Source: Podarcis cretensis (lineage: Eukaryota). From it: a stretch of 64,000 nt of DNA. Numbering within the stretch: the stretch's first letter is position 1; every line of letters starts with the position of its first letter. Positions 63,048-64,000 of this stretch are shown here, one piece after another. The stretch is taken from NCBI GenBank assembly GCA_951804945.1, contig OX638150.1, forward strand, positions 70,928,001-70,992,000, in the 5' to 3' direction. The position numbers were made by a program, and so were the translations under genes. The notes below the pieces were generated by a model. It ran no database searches. It was not told the DNA's origin and saw only the letters and a program-made list of their open reading frames with translations.

Positions 63048-64000
63048 GAAGCAATCCACAGGAAGGATGCAGCAAGGTGGAGAGTGGGGAAGGAGTGGGG
63101 TCAAACCCCATATTCATTGTGGGAGGGAGAGGGAAGACAATATATATTTACAAAGCATCTCCTCACTGAAAAGCGCAGAGGAATTCTCTTCATCTCCCTT
63201 GCATGGACTACTGTGGTTTATTCTTAATTTCCTTCATCTCCCCTAGAATTATGGAGGTCTTTTCTTCTAACAATTCTAGTCTGACCGTCCCAGAATCCAT
63301 TTATTATGCACAACAGAAGCAACCATCTTTTGACAAAAAAGAATTGAGTGCTCTTTACACATCCCAGATGACCACAGCCTGCTCAGTAGTAGAGACAGTA
63401 ACTTGTAGCAGAGAGTACCATCCCCCTTTAGAAAACTGCTGTGGAATACAAGATTGTGTAATGGCTTTGACTTTCAGAGAATAAACATTTGCTATATAAG
63501 CAAGCCTGTTTTTATTTCTGGAGAAGAAAGAGTGCCCATGCTGGACCAAAGAGGGGGCCATTTCTTACTTTTTAACTGCTTTAGTCAGCTACTGCTTCTA
63601 ATATTAATTTGGAAAGTAGGTTCCCGAGCCCATACTTTTCAACTTACTTCTAGGCTTCTTGGAACAAGTCATAGCATGGCTAAAAACTGAAGCAATGCTC
63701 CCTTTACAGAGGTCACAAGCCCTGCTCCAGATGACCACCTCGCCCTTTTGGATATGTGCAGTCAGCCACGTAAGTGTCAGAAACTGTAAGAGTCAGTCTT
63801 CTGCTTGAATCAGCTTAACAAAACTGCTTGGTATTACTAGACACACTGCATGCCCCTTAAAAGCATCTTGTTCTGGGTTTGCTTTTAATGAGGAACCTTT
63901 TCCCCAGGTTGAATTCTTCGTATCTACAATAAAATTCTAATAGCTCGGGCATCCTGTGCTTTTGGATCACTGTGACAGAAAGCAAAAATCGGTGCCAGAA

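Noticed and set aside
1-64000. CRISPR arrays, operons or prokaryotic defence systems
   Set aside because: The sequence is vertebrate intron-exon DNA with no repeat-spacer arrays.

Overview
This is vertebrate genomic DNA from a squamate reptile, probably a lacertid lizard (inferred from Sauria-SINE copies and other lizard-type repeats). It is homologous to human 3p21.31. Seven genes were reconstructed exon by exon from GT-AG boundaries with consistent reading frames. They are: the 5' part of UBA7 (-), TCTA (+), AMT (-), NICN1 (-), GMPPB (+), the last four exons of RNF123 (-), and AMIGO3 (+), which is nested antisense in an RNF123 intron. Introns contain SINEs, CR1/L2/L1 fragments, MITEs and microsatellites. 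The most notable observations are: (1) a 32-nt 3'-truncated U1 snRNA retrocopy with a perfect 17-bp TSD, inserted antisense in the NICN1 5'-UTR intron, where it creates a perfect CAG|GTAAGTAT donor on the NICN1 sense strand; (2) an ISRE/IRF cluster in front of UBA7, about 1.25 kb from the divergent TCTA start; (3) a gene order that differs from human, with UBA7-TCTA and NICN1-GMPPB as head-to-head pairs; (4) transposons inserted within a few bases of AMT and NICN1 splice donors. I found no convincing new multi-gene system. Comparisons with human proteins and RNAs are from memory and were not run as searches.
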